This document shows positions 53,010-62,520 of a stretch of DNA of 64,000 nucleotides, piece after piece (the first letter of the stretch is position 1; each line of letters begins with the position of its first letter). This DNA comes from a virus, in the IMG/VR virus record IMGVR_UViG_3300021185_001174, positions 32,001 to 96,000 of that record; one strand, 5' to 3'. Made by a program: the position numbers and the translations under genes. The notes below the pieces were generated by a model. It had not been told where the DNA came from and searched no databases. It was given only the letters and a program-made list of their open reading frames with translations.

Positions 53010-54129
53010 ATGTGTCCTCGGTTGTAGTTTCATCTTCGAAGGTAACTCCTGAATCCACTTTAGTGTATAAGTCCAAGAAGGCAGCCTTAGTATCATCATC
53101 AAATCTTGCGATACATAATTCTATGGCTTTCATCTTGTTATCAAAGATAGAAAAAGTTTGAACTATGTGACAGAGCCTTCTGGTTGAAATTACCTCGTCA
53201 ACTCCATCATCATAGAATGTCTTTCTGATAATGTCAGCCCAAGATACTAGTTTAGTCGCGAACTCTACATCTACTTTGCCGAACTTTTCCATATGTTTAG
53301 CAACGATTTTATTCTCCACTGATTGACTTGGGAAAGCCTGGTCTATGGCTACTGTGAATCTCTCCAAGAAAGCATCATCAATGATTGAAGCGGCTGTAAA
53401 TCTGCCATCTTCTGAGCCTTTACCTTTGGTATTGGCTGTTGCAATGACATTGAAACCTGGACTTGGTTCTACTACTTCACCAGTCTTTTTGACTAGTACT
53501 GGTTTTCCTTCTAGGATACCTTGTAGACACATAATCTTGTTAGTCGCTCTATCGACCTCATCCAGAAGAAGAATAGCTCCTCTCTCCATAGCCTTGAGAA
53601 CCGGCCCTTTAGAGAATACTGTTTCTCCATTGATAAGTCTGAATCCACCTAGTAGGTCGTCCTCATCCGTCTCAGGATTAATTTGAACTCTGATGAACTC
53701 TCTACCTAGTTTAGCAGCCGCTTGTTCAACCATGAAAGTCTTACCGTTACCTGATAAACCAGATACATAGACTGGGTAGAACATTTCGGACTTGAGGATT
53801 TTAACCACATCCGAAAAGGCACCCCATGGGACAAAAGTTGGGTCTTTTTTAGCAAAGTTTGATTCTTCATTTACTATTGATTGCATCTTAACCACGTTTG
53901 AGAAACCAGTAATTGGTTCTTTATTAACTGGGACAATCATAGCTGATAAGTCATAAACACCAGGTTTAACTCTTATCTTTGCATCGATTAAGTCCCAAAA
54001 GTCTTTTCTTGAATAACCCAATGAGTCAGCTGTATCACTGATTTGGGCTCTCTTGAACTCTGTCTGGTCTGGGAACCTCTGAGCCAGGGTTTCAAGGATT
54101 ATTTGAGTTGATTTTTTCATTGTATTCAT
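52996..54129 (-). CDS. CobS/MoxR-like AAA+ ATPase
   Basis: GLSGNGKT, TDEDDLLGG, LLLDEVD, ATANTKGKG, AFLERF, STRRL. Confidence 0.9.
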   Translation of the reverse strand: MNTMKKSTQIILETLAQRFPDQTEFKRAQISDTADSLGYSRKDFWDLIDAKIRVKPGVYDLSAMIVPVNKEPITGFSNVVKMQSIVNEESNFAKKDPTFVPWGAFSDVVKILKSEMFYPVYVSGLSGNGKTFMVEQAAAKLGREFIRVQINPETDEDDLLGGFRLINGETVFSKGPVLKAMERGAILLLDEVDRATNKIMCLQGILEGKPVLVKKTGEVVEPSPGFNVIATANTKGKGSEDGRFTAASIIDDAFLERFTVAIDQAFPSQSVENKIVAKHMEKFGKVDVEFATKLVSWADIIRKTFYDDGVDEVISTRRLCHIVQTFSIFDNKMKAIELCIARFDDDTKAAFLDLYTKVDSGVTFEDETTTEDTYETV

Positions 54130-54165
54130 AATATAGTTTACTCCATTTATTTAATTTACTAGTAT

Positions 54166-54194
54166 ATTATACTACGCATTTATGCGAATGTAAA
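54166..54194 (-). promoter_or_regulatory. Sigma70 early promoter (TGCGTAG subclass)
   Basis: TTTACA-17-TATAAT; 30 nt identical to the promoter at 56448. Confidence 0.85.
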
Positions 54195-54240
54195 GTGTTT
54201 TGTTGAAAATAATTCATTTATTTTCATCTTTTTTTGCAAG

Positions 54241-54258
54241 TGTATCAAATATGTTACA
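54241..54258. promoter_or_regulatory. Phased heptamer repeats upstream of -35
   Basis: TGTATCA at 54241 and TGTTACA at 54252 (11-bp period). Confidence 0.45.
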
Positions 54259-54259
54259 C

Positions 54260-56416
54260 TCAAGCCACTGCCCCTCCGAATTTAGTAAGAAGCACCTTGT
54301 TGGTCTTTTTGGACTTAGAGTACTTTTTAAAAGCATTTCTAATCTGAGCATCTGAGGCTTCTGTTTGAACTTCGAAATCCTCTTCTTCGGTATTAAGGTT
54401 TTTACCACCTTTGACCATGTAGTAAGTATCATATCCGAAAACATTTGATACTTCAACACACTTGTTTTTATTATACTCTTTGTTCTTTTCCTTTCTGTAT
54501 TCTTCACTACCTGTTCTAGCTGATTCTGCCCAGTATGCATTATTGATTCTATACTTCCATTCACTATTATCATCGGCCATGAAGAATCCTAGATTGTTAG
54601 TTTTATACTGTTTCTTAATATTGTTAAGTAGGACAGTTGTTAGACCAGTTGCTGAGGTTAATCCAGATGTGATAGACTTACCTTGAACAATTAATCTTAT
54701 TTCATTAGTCTTGTTTCTGTAATCTCTATTACCATGAACTTGGATTCTATTAGCATCTCCATCGGTGAAAGTTAAGAAGTTCATTTTTTCAATGTTGTTC
54801 TTAGCTCTGAATCTTTTAATGATATCATGCATAACAACTAGAGCTTGATTAAGAGGTGTTGAACCCCAGTTCTCTGAATGAGCTTTAGGTATGTCTCTTT
54901 GTTCTGTAGTCCTTAAGTATAAGAACTGAGTCGCCTTTATAAAGTCAGCTTTCTTCATATCTGAAGATACTAGGAGTGGCATTCTTAGGTCATCCATATC
55001 TAGGTCACCTGTTTGATATTGTCTAGCTTGAGACTCTCCGTACCAACCGCCGGACGTGAATGCGTATACTTCATAAGGGATGTTGACTGCCTTACAGAAC
55101 ATAACAGTATGAAGGATTTGGTCCATTACATATTTCATTGACGTTGACATTGACCCAGAATAGTCTACCAACATAACCATGCCGTGTGATTTGGCATTTG
55201 GTAACTTAGTAGCTTTGAGAAAGATATCATCGTTTGTCTTGTAAGACCATAACTTGTTTACGTTGATGTTTCCAGTCTTAGCTTCAGTAGCCCTAGACCA
55301 TTGTGTCGCCGCTTTTTTCATTTCGAATTCTCTAACGGCCGGTTGAACATTCTTTTTAAGTTGTTTCATATATGAAGCGTAACCAGTTGAAATAGTTTCT
55401 CTCCAAGATTGATTACCCCATGAACTATCCTTGTAATTTTCTTCCCATCTTTTTATTTCTGTTTCTCTCTCTTTAGAAAGTTCTTTGAAATCTACTATGG
55501 ATGTTTCGATATTGTCTGCAGAGGTTTGACTGATGATGATAGGCTGATTACCATTTCTATCTGTTTCTATTAGTTCTTTTTCTTTTGACCTATAGATACT
55601 ATCGGTAATAGAAACATCAGAACCAGCTGTGTGTACAGGTTCTTTAGCCGTTACTGTTTCAGTGTCGTCTGACTCTTCACCCTCTTCTGATTCCTCAGAT
55701 GATTGATTACCTGACTTACTTTGAGTTGACTCGTCGTCTGACTCTTCTTTCTCATAATCATCATGTCCTGACGGCATATCTTCTTGATTGTTATTCTCTT
55801 CTGACTCTTGGTTTTCTGAATCTTCTGGTTCAGGTTCTGGCTGTTGAATTAGCTCTGGTGTATTGTCTTGAGTAAACTTTAGAATGTCTTTGACTAACTG
55901 AACAACTTCATCAAATGTTTGAGTAGTTTTAGCTCTAGTTAGGTAAACCATTTCTTCTGAATTGAATGGTACTTCTATAAGTGAACCGAGTTTGGTCTTA
56001 AGATTAATCTTATCAATAAGTTTGACTTGGTCATAATCTACATCGTCAAGTGGTCCGAAGAATTCTCTCTCCAATAACTTCTTGTAACCTTTATTAAAAG
56101 AGTTGACAAGCCCTGGATATCTTGATTGGATTTTTCTCTCAATCCTAGCATCTTCTATCACATTGATATAAGTTCTTGGACATCCTTCTAACTTCTCTGG
56201 ACTATCATGCCAACCTTCATATGGGGTTTCTATTGCATGTCCAACCTCATGACCAATTAGAAGGTCATAAACATCTTTGCCCATATCTTTCCACAATGGA
56301 AGACCTAGGGTTCTGTTCTTGATATCAAACCAGGCTGTATTGAAGTTACCATGTCTAATGGTAATGTTCTCTTTAGCCAAGAGTTTTGGTAGGAGGGATT
56401 TTTCATAATTCATCAT
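54260..56416 (-). CDS. Zincin-motif plus vWA protein (CobT-like partner of the AAA ATPase)
   Basis: HEVGH, NVIEDARIE, acidic linker, VDYSGSMS (MIDAS), STPL, TDGD. Confidence 0.85.
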   Translation of the reverse strand: MMNYEKSLLPKLLAKENITIRHGNFNTAWFDIKNRTLGLPLWKDMGKDVYDLLIGHEVGHAIETPYEGWHDSPEKLEGCPRTYINVIEDARIERKIQSRYPGLVNSFNKGYKKLLEREFFGPLDDVDYDQVKLIDKINLKTKLGSLIEVPFNSEEMVYLTRAKTTQTFDEVVQLVKDILKFTQDNTPELIQQPEPEPEDSENQESEENNNQEDMPSGHDDYEKEESDDESTQSKSGNQSSEESEEGEESDDTETVTAKEPVHTAGSDVSITDSIYRSKEKELIETDRNGNQPIIISQTSADNIETSIVDFKELSKERETEIKRWEENYKDSSWGNQSWRETISTGYASYMKQLKKNVQPAVREFEMKKAATQWSRATEAKTGNINVNKLWSYKTNDDIFLKATKLPNAKSHGMVMLVDYSGSMSTSMKYVMDQILHTVMFCKAVNIPYEVYAFTSGGWYGESQARQYQTGDLDMDDLRMPLLVSSDMKKADFIKATQFLYLRTTEQRDIPKAHSENWGSTPLNQALVVMHDIIKRFRAKNNIEKMNFLTFTDGDANRIQVHGNRDYRNKTNEIRLIVQGKSITSGLTSATGLTTVLLNNIKKQYKTNNLGFFMADDNSEWKYRINNAYWAESARTGSEEYRKEKNKEYNKNKCVEVSNVFGYDTYYMVKGGKNLNTEEEDFEVQTEASDAQIRNAFKKYSKSKKTNKVLLTKFGGAVA

Positions 56417-56447
56417 AATATAGGTTTCTCTTTTAATTTACTAGTAT

Positions 56448-56476
56448 ATTATACTACGCATTATTGAGAATGTAAA
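56448..56476 (-). promoter_or_regulatory. Sigma70 early promoter (TGCGTAG subclass)
   Basis: TTTACA-17-TATAAT. Confidence 0.85.
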
Positions 56477-56512
56477 GTGTTTTTTTCATTTTTTTTAAAG
56501 TTTTTTCTCAAC

Positions 56513-56541
56513 TGTAACATAAATGTAACACATTTGTAACA
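56513..56541. promoter_or_regulatory. Three perfect TGTAACA direct repeats, 11-bp period
   Basis: Copies at 56513, 56524 and 56535. Confidence 0.65.
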
Positions 56542-56547
56542 AAAGCT

Positions 56548-56757
56548 TTAATCAAACTGTAATTCCATCTGACTAGGGCGAGATGTCCTCTTAAATAATA
56601 AACGGCCATCTGGTAATTCAATCAGAGTAAATACATCGCCTTCTTCAAAGGGAACCTTATCCATAGTCAATTGATAATTAGGTTCCAGAGGACTATCTTT
56701 ATCAGTAAACATTAGGCCGTTCTCATTCATCTCAATTAAATAATCTACATATAACAT
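56548..56757 (-). CDS. Small hypothetical protein
   Basis: 69 aa ORF after tRNA-Arg. Confidence 0.55.
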   Translation of the reverse strand: MLYVDYLIEMNENGLMFTDKDSPLEPNYQLTMDKVPFEEGDVFTLIELPDGRLLFKRTSRPSQMELQFD

Positions 56758-56777
56758 TGGTATTTCCTTCTTTTGTT

Positions 56778-56854
56778 TGGCCCGCCCTTCAGGACTTGAA
56801 CCTGAAACCTACAGCTTAGAAGGCTGTTGCTCTATCCAGTTGAGCTAAGAGCGG
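56778..56854 (-). tRNA. tRNA-Arg(UCU)
   Basis: CCGCTCT...AGGGCGG-G-CCA, anticodon loop CTTCTAA, TTCAAGT T-loop. Confidence 0.96.
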
Positions 56855-56879
56855 ATAATTTTCTAATTTCTAAGAGTAT

Positions 56880-56908
56880 ATTATACTAGGCTTTGCACCT
56901 GCTGTAAA
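56880..56908 (-). promoter_or_regulatory. Sigma70 promoter for tRNA-Arg
   Basis: TTTACA-17-TATAAT. Confidence 0.8.
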
Positions 56909-56953
56909 CAACTAATTTCAGTTTTTTTAGATTATTTTGTTATATGTATATAA

Positions 56954-58669
56954 CTAAGCTATCTTAGAGAAGTTTTTATGCTTGAAGAATTCAATCTTTG
57001 ACCTAAACTTATTTTCTAGGATATCGCCTTTGTGAGATATAATAAACACATTGGTTCCATCTTCTAGCGTTGAAAGGATTTTGGTTAGATTATCTACTCC
57101 ATCAACATCTAAGCTACTATCAAAGGTTTCATCTAGGATAAGTAGATTGGTTGCCGCTGAGTTCTTCATCTTAGCTATCTGTCTCCAAGTAAAGAGTAAA
57201 GACAAGTCAATACGTTGCTTTTCGCCTTCAGAGAATGATGCATAGTTAAATGAATCCCTATGTCTTGACCTGATGGTCTCATTGAAGTTCTCATCAAGAT
57301 GGAATGCAACAAAGAAATCAAGTACTTGCAGATACTGGTTAATAAGTCTATTCATGACAGGCAAATATTGCTTTATCACTTTAGTCTTAATACCAGTATC
57401 TTTAAGCATCTCCCCTATAACTTCGTTATAAGTCCTTTCCTCTACATATTCTAGCTTGTTTTCTAAAGCCTTTGATTTGGCCGCTTTGAGGTCTGACAGT
57501 TCTTTCTTAGCATTACCACTATCACCAGTCAGTTTATTTAGGTTTGAAACTTCTTTCTGAACCTTATTAATCTCTTTCTGTAGTAATGATATCTTTTCAT
57601 TATTTGAATTGATTTTACTTTGACGCTGTCTTAGTGTATTAAGATTATTACCTATCTGAATACCTTCTTTCTCTGTAGTATTTACTTCTTTGGCCAGTTT
57701 ACCTAACTCTAGCTGAACATCTGCTGCAGTAGACTTAAGACCAGATAGTTTGGTCTCCTTAATTTCTGCTGTAATCTCTTGTTCACAAGTTGGACAATTG
57801 TCGTTATCTTCATAGAAACGAGCCTCTTTGACCAGTGATTTAATCTTACCATTAAGATTTTTATCTAGTGACTTAACTTCACTCATACGCTCCATGAAGT
57901 GCTTGTGACTGCGTTCTTCATCAGCAAGGAGTGAAGTTAGGTTCTTACCTAGCTTTTGTGACTCTTTAAATGTATCATCAATCTGACTCTTATAGGTTTC
58001 TATTGAATCCCTACTCTTATCTATTTGTTCTTGGTTAAGAGCATCTAAGTCTTTGATATATTTTGATTGTGAATCCACTTTAGTATTAATCAAGTCAATT
58101 CTATGATTAACATCATTTAGATTATCACGCAACTTGGAGTTCTTTTCTTTTAGTAGATTGTTCATCTTGGAGAATATATTAATATCCAATAAGTCTTCAA
58201 TAATACTTCTGCGAGACCAACTAGGCAATTGCATAAATGGAATGAATGAACTTGAACCTAGTACTACCACTTGATGGAAAGATTTATGATTCAGTTTAAG
58301 TATATTTGTTTCTAAGAATTTTTGGTAGTCTCTTGCATTAGATGCTTGATTAATTAGATTACCATTCTGCCAGATTTCAAACTTATTAGGTTTGATACCA
58401 CGAACAATTTTAAACTCTGAATTGCCTACTGCAAATTCTACTTCTACTAGTGTCCCTTTCTTATTGATTGAATTAACTAATTGGCCTTTACCGATATCTC
58501 TATGGGCCTTACCAAATAGTCCAAATGATAATGCATCTAGCAATGTAGATTTACCTGCACCATTTTGGCCAACGATAAGTGTTGATGGTGATTTATCTAA
58601 GCTAATTGTTATCGCATCTGTCCCTGTTGACAGAAAGTTCTGCCATTTACATGATTTAAATTGTATCAT
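56954..58669 (-). CDS. 46: Recombination endonuclease ATPase subunit (gp46, SbcC-like)
   Basis: GQNGAGKS, coiled coil with CPTC hook, FSEGEKQRID, ILDETFD. Confidence 0.96.
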   Translation of the reverse strand: MIQFKSCKWQNFLSTGTDAITISLDKSPSTLIVGQNGAGKSTLLDALSFGLFGKAHRDIGKGQLVNSINKKGTLVEVEFAVGNSEFKIVRGIKPNKFEIWQNGNLINQASNARDYQKFLETNILKLNHKSFHQVVVLGSSSFIPFMQLPSWSRRSIIEDLLDINIFSKMNNLLKEKNSKLRDNLNDVNHRIDLINTKVDSQSKYIKDLDALNQEQIDKSRDSIETYKSQIDDTFKESQKLGKNLTSLLADEERSHKHFMERMSEVKSLDKNLNGKIKSLVKEARFYEDNDNCPTCEQEITAEIKETKLSGLKSTAADVQLELGKLAKEVNTTEKEGIQIGNNLNTLRQRQSKINSNNEKISLLQKEINKVQKEVSNLNKLTGDSGNAKKELSDLKAAKSKALENKLEYVEERTYNEVIGEMLKDTGIKTKVIKQYLPVMNRLINQYLQVLDFFVAFHLDENFNETIRSRHRDSFNYASFSEGEKQRIDLSLLFTWRQIAKMKNSAATNLLILDETFDSSLDVDGVDNLTKILSTLEDGTNVFIISHKGDILENKFRSKIEFFKHKNFSKIA

Positions 58670-59727
58670 ACTACCTCTAAATTCTGAGCCTCTGTATATA
58701 GAGTCCTTAGTTCAAGTTTTAACTTATCTTTTTCCAAGTCAGTCTCAACGGCTTCAACATAAGAATCCAGAAGGGTCGTAGTATCTTCTAGGGATATTTT
58801 CTCGTCCTCGACGCTTTCTCCCAAATACTCTTCAAATGATTCTGCAATTTTCAACTCGTAAGTTTCAATAGATTGTAGTCTATCAACAAACTGGTCAAAC
58901 ATATATAAGTCATTTTTATTTATAACTATTAATTTGATGAACTTTTGTTCAAACTGTTTTACATCTATTTTACTATAGTCAGTTTTGGTATCATCATATA
59001 TGACCTTCTTGAACATAGTAATAGGGTTACGGACTGGAGTAATCTCCCTTGTTTCAGTATCTAAAATATGAAAATATTTAGGGTCATCCACATCAGCCCA
59101 AGTAAATTCCATTTGAGAACCTAGATAGGTAACATTACCCTGGCTTGACCTCGTATGGAAATGACCAGATAATACCATCTCAAACCTAGAGAATACATCA
59201 GCATTCATTCCATGTGGATTGGGTATACCAGCCATCATTTCAAAACCTTTTAGTTCTAAATGAGCACCAAGGATAGGTGCTTTACAATTCATTGCCCATT
59301 TAGTGTATTCTGCATAGTTACCATTGTTAATCCAAGGGATAACTGCAACACCTAAGCCGTCATAATCTAGTACTGTAGGTTTCATAATAATATTAACATT
59401 ACTTGTAAAGTAACCTAGAAGCTCTTTAAGTGAGCATAGTTCATTAGTATTCTTAAAGTATACATCATGGTTACCAGGGATTATATCCATAGTAATGCCC
59501 ATATCTCTCATAGGTTCTAGGAAGTGTTTACGATTGGCATTAAGTGCCTTAAAGTTAACAAACTTGCGATGTTCATAATAATCACCAAGGTGCAAGATGT
59601 TCTTGATGTTATGCTCTTTTAAATAAGGAAAGAATATCTCCTCATAAAATCTTTCTTGATACTTCAGAAAAATATCAGATGAGTTTCTTACCCCACAATG
59701 GGTGTCGTTTAATATTGCTACTTTCAT
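58666..59727 (-). CDS. 47: Recombination endonuclease subunit (gp47, SbcD-like)
   Basis: NDTHCG, LGDYYEHR, PGNHD, GHLEL, SGHFH. Confidence 0.96.
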   Translation of the reverse strand: MKVAILNDTHCGVRNSSDIFLKYQERFYEEIFFPYLKEHNIKNILHLGDYYEHRKFVNFKALNANRKHFLEPMRDMGITMDIIPGNHDVYFKNTNELCSLKELLGYFTSNVNIIMKPTVLDYDGLGVAVIPWINNGNYAEYTKWAMNCKAPILGAHLELKGFEMMAGIPNPHGMNADVFSRFEMVLSGHFHTRSSQGNVTYLGSQMEFTWADVDDPKYFHILDTETREITPVRNPITMFKKVIYDDTKTDYSKIDVKQFEQKFIKLIVINKNDLYMFDQFVDRLQSIETYELKIAESFEEYLGESVEDEKISLEDTTTLLDSYVEAVETDLEKDKLKLELRTLYTEAQNLEVV

Positions 59728-59730
59728 ATA

Positions 59731-60294
59731 TTATAACATAAAGAGTTCTAGTTTCTCTTTAGCCTTCTCCTCTTTTGCGAATTTTTTAACTGCTTTATCT
59801 TTCTCTTTTACTGTAGAAATACGTTGTCTTAGTGTATCAACATAGTTCATAGTTTCGGCTGCTCCTGCATCGTCCATACCCATAGATACAAAATCATCAA
59901 TACCCATCTTTTCAATAAACTTGAATTTAATGTCTTGTTGTTTCTTCTCTTTGGTTATTCTACGGATAAATGCATAGTAACATATCTGAGTAAAGTAAGA
60001 GAATGCATTTGGATTACCAGTTCTTGTTGCTGTCTCTATTCTATAATTTCCTATAGCTCTTAGGCAGTTCTCTACAGCATCCATTACCATTTCTTCTCGG
60101 TAAGTATATCTTACAAAGTTTGGTCTATGAGATAGGCCCTCTGCAATCTTGATAAAACACTTAGCGATATAGTCTGGAACCGTTGGTGCATCGACGCCCT
60201 TTTCTTTATGCATATTACTGTCCTTAACATATTCTACTACAGCTAGTGAGAATTCCTTGTTATTGACATAATGTGGCTTTTGTTTAGGTTTCAT
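59731..60294 (-). CDS. 55: Late sigma factor (gp55)
   Basis: HYVNNKEF, IAEGLSHRPNFVRYTYREEM, NAFSYFTQICYYAFIRRI. Confidence 0.96.
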   Translation of the reverse strand: MKPKQKPHYVNNKEFSLAVVEYVKDSNMHKEKGVDAPTVPDYIAKCFIKIAEGLSHRPNFVRYTYREEMVMDAVENCLRAIGNYRIETATRTGNPNAFSYFTQICYYAFIRRITKEKKQQDIKFKFIEKMGIDDFVSMGMDDAGAAETMNYVDTLRQRISTVKEKDKAVKKFAKEEKAKEKLELFML

Positions 60295-60318
60295 AATTAT
60301 TTCTCCAATAATAGTATT

Positions 60319-60347
60319 ATTATACTACAAAATCGGTTCAATGTAAA
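60319..60347 (-). promoter_or_regulatory. Sigma70 early promoter for 55-47-46
   Basis: TTTACA-17-TATAAT. Confidence 0.85.
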
Positions 60348-60393
60348 GTGTTTTCTTTAAATAAAATTAATTTCATTTTTTTTCATTTTTCCC

Positions 60394-60422
60394 TTTACAA
60401 ATGCCGAAAAGTGTAGTATAAT
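60394..60422 (+). promoter_or_regulatory. Only plus-strand early-type promoter seen; no ORF downstream
   Basis: TTTACA-17-TATAAT with GTGTAG extension, back-to-back with the 55 promoter. Confidence 0.75.
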
Positions 60423-60459
60423 ATATTATCTCCGGGGGAGACAGGGGTATACTATAAAT

Positions 60460-60840
60460 TTAATGTATTGTAGGTTCTTTTTCTTCATCTTCATCATCAT
60501 ATACGGGTTCATATTCATCCCTCTGAAGGAGGGATTCTTTTAGAGATTCAATTCTTTTTAATACTTCATCCGATGAATAGGGTTGTTCCTCATCCATAAT
60601 ATACTTGATGTAAGCTTCTTCAAAGTCCTTAGAGATAGGGACGTGCTGGATGCATCTATTTTTATAGAGTTTGAACATATTTTGTTCTGAGAGTGGAAAC
60701 CAGTGGCTGAATACCAAACGGCCGTACATATCATTACCTATGAGTACAGGCCTTTCAATGATATAATGTCCATCATATCTAGTATTCATTACGGCGATTA
60801 TATCATCACCATTCAATAATTTAAACTGTCTTATTTCCAT
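60460..60840 (-). CDS. Conserved hypothetical protein (Sm-like N-terminus, acidic tail)
   Basis: IRQFKLLNGDDII; late promoter at 60848. Confidence 0.7.
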   Translation of the reverse strand: MEIRQFKLLNGDDIIAVMNTRYDGHYIIERPVLIGNDMYGRLVFSHWFPLSEQNMFKLYKNRCIQHVPISKDFEEAYIKYIMDEEQPYSSDEVLKRIESLKESLLQRDEYEPVYDDEDEEKEPTIH

Positions 60841-60842
60841 AC

Positions 60843-62348
60843 TTATATATTTATATCGTATATTTTATACTTAAATTTCTCTTTAGCATATATCTTAATG
60901 CGCTCTGCCGCATGAACCAAGGTATAGTTCTTCTTAGATTTCCAATGTAAATCATCTGCTATATCATATACAGTAGTCGGTTTACCATCATCGGTCTTTC
61001 TTAATCCTCTTCCGATACTTTGGAGAACCCTAATCTGAGACTTACTTGGTGATGCAAATATAATATTGTGTAGGTTACGAATATTAACCCCAGTAGAAAA
61101 AGTGCCCATAGAGGCGACAATAATCGCGTCACTGGATTTCTCTGTAATCTCTCGTACTTTCTCCCGCGTATCCACGTCGGTCTCTCCTGATACATAAAAT
61201 AATCTCCTAGTGTTTCTTGGTAGTTTATCAAACTTTTCTTGCAGAAGGTTATGTAGAGGTTTTCCGTGTTTGTCGACATATTGGAATAATATGAGTGTGG
61301 CACCGACATTTTTAATTGCAAGATTTGCGATAAAGTTATTTCTAGGACCATATTGTACTATAAAGTCCATCTCTTGTTGATAAGAATTCTTTGATACTTC
61401 TCTGCAAAACTCTTCTTTATACTTTAATAGAAGTATGTTAATATCAAGATCTGCAAGGTCATTATTATCCATCAACTTTCGGGTAGTAGTTACTTTATGA
61501 ACTGGCCCGAATAATCCCTCTAATACTAACTGATGAGTTTGAGTTCCATCTAATGTTCCTGTAGTACCTATTCTAAATTGAGCCTCGGTACATTTTTCTA
61601 ATATCGCAGTGAGAGACTTAGCTTTAAATGCGTGTGCCTCATCACCAATAACCATCCCATATGGCTGGAACCATTCTGCTCTTTCTTTATAGATTGACTG
61701 CCATGTAGTGATTACTACTCTATGTGATATATTATATTTTTCTTTACCAGCATATATCTTATGGCAATTCTCGCCTACATCCCACTCATCCAACTTAGAA
61801 TAGTCTTCAAAGTCTGAATACATTTGTTCAACTAATGAAGTGGTCGGTACTATAAGTAGGACACTATTATCGTAACCATCAAGGAAAGCTCGTATGGCCA
61901 TGTATATAATAAGTGACTTACCACTTGCAGTTGGTGATAGAAGTAATGATTTTTTGTTAGATAGTGCATGATGTAAAGCCTCCAGCTGATAATCTCTAGG
62001 TTTAATTTTATTTCCACCTGCAGTTAAATTTAACATACCTAGTATATGTTCTAAGTCAACAGGTTCAAGTGAATTAGGTAATCCGTAACTAGATGACTGA
62101 ACTTCTATAGTGTATTTTCTAGCATCGGCAAACTCTTGGAGATACTTAAAGAGTCCACAATAAAGTGTTCGCTTTCTCATATCAAGTAATCTAATCTTAC
62201 CATCCCATATTCTATTCTTATATGCCGGCATGAATTTATAACCAGGAACAAAGAAACAGAAGTGCTCTGTTAGTTCCATTAGAATACTTGGGTCAGCATC
62301 TATTTGGAGAAAGCTTTCATTTCTCTTTGTTACTTTAATTTTGTCCAT
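60843..62348 (-). CDS. uvsW: SF2 helicase UvsW
   Basis: PRDYQ, SPTASGKS, GDEAH, GTFSTGVNI, LQSIGRGLR. Confidence 0.96.
   Translation of the reverse strand: MDKIKVTKRNESFLQIDADPSILMELTEHFCFFVPGYKFMPAYKNRIWDGKIRLLDMRKRTLYCGLFKYLQEFADARKYTIEVQSSSYGLPNSLEPVDLEHILGMLNLTAGGNKIKPRDYQLEALHHALSNKKSLLLSPTASGKSLIIYMAIRAFLDGYDNSVLLIVPTTSLVEQMYSDFEDYSKLDEWDVGENCHKIYAGKEKYNISHRVVITTWQSIYKERAEWFQPYGMVIGDEAHAFKAKSLTAILEKCTEAQFRIGTTGTLDGTQTHQLVLEGLFGPVHKVTTTRKLMDNNDLADLDINILLLKYKEEFCREVSKNSYQQEMDFIVQYGPRNNFIANLAIKNVGATLILFQYVDKHGKPLHNLLQEKFDKLPRNTRRLFYVSGETDVDTREKVREITEKSSDAIIVASMGTFSTGVNIRNLHNIIFASPSKSQIRVLQSIGRGLRKTDDGKPTTVYDIADDLHWKSKKNYTLVHAAERIKIYAKEKFKYKIYDINI
60848..60855 (-). promoter_or_regulatory. 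Late promoter
   Basis: Exact TATAAATA 7 nt upstream of ATG. Confidence 0.7.
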
Positions 62349-62497
62349 TTAACCTTTCCAAAAGCCATTGTATAAGAGTATTTATTAGTCCTTAAAACGA
62401 TACCATCAAAGGACTTAACCTTCTCTTTAGTGTTTTCTTCTATCCATTTCTTTAATTGGGTAAGAGAATTCCAAGACTTCTTTTCTATATATTCCAT
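62330..62497 (-). CDS. Small hypothetical protein (not in track)
   Basis: MEYIEKKSWNSLTQLKKWIEE...; 55 aa fills the uvsY-uvsW gap. Confidence 0.5.
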   Translation of the reverse strand: MEYIEKKSWNSLTQLKKWIEENTKEKVKSFDGIVLRTNKYSYTMAFGKVKWTKLK

Positions 62498-62520
62498 TGT
62501 ATACCAGAGTGTATATTCTA

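Noticed and set aside
52996-56416. Cobalamin biosynthesis (cobS/cobT) as an auxiliary metabolic pathway
   Set aside because: No cobN or other cob genes; the motifs only support a generic MoxR AAA+/vWA pair
56939-56954. GTTATAT-gt-ATATAAC palindrome after gene 46
   Set aside because: Single AT-rich occurrence with no second copy noticed; chance cannot be excluded
126-58781. All plus-strand ORFs in the supplied track, and the short nested minus-strand ORFs
   Set aside because: They are shadows of well-supported minus-strand genes, with no RBS, promoter or recognisable motifs
15362-62348. Introns or inteins in nrdA, nrdB, 41, 43, 46, uvsW
   Set aside because: All are continuous ORFs of ordinary length, with no splice-junction motifs noticed
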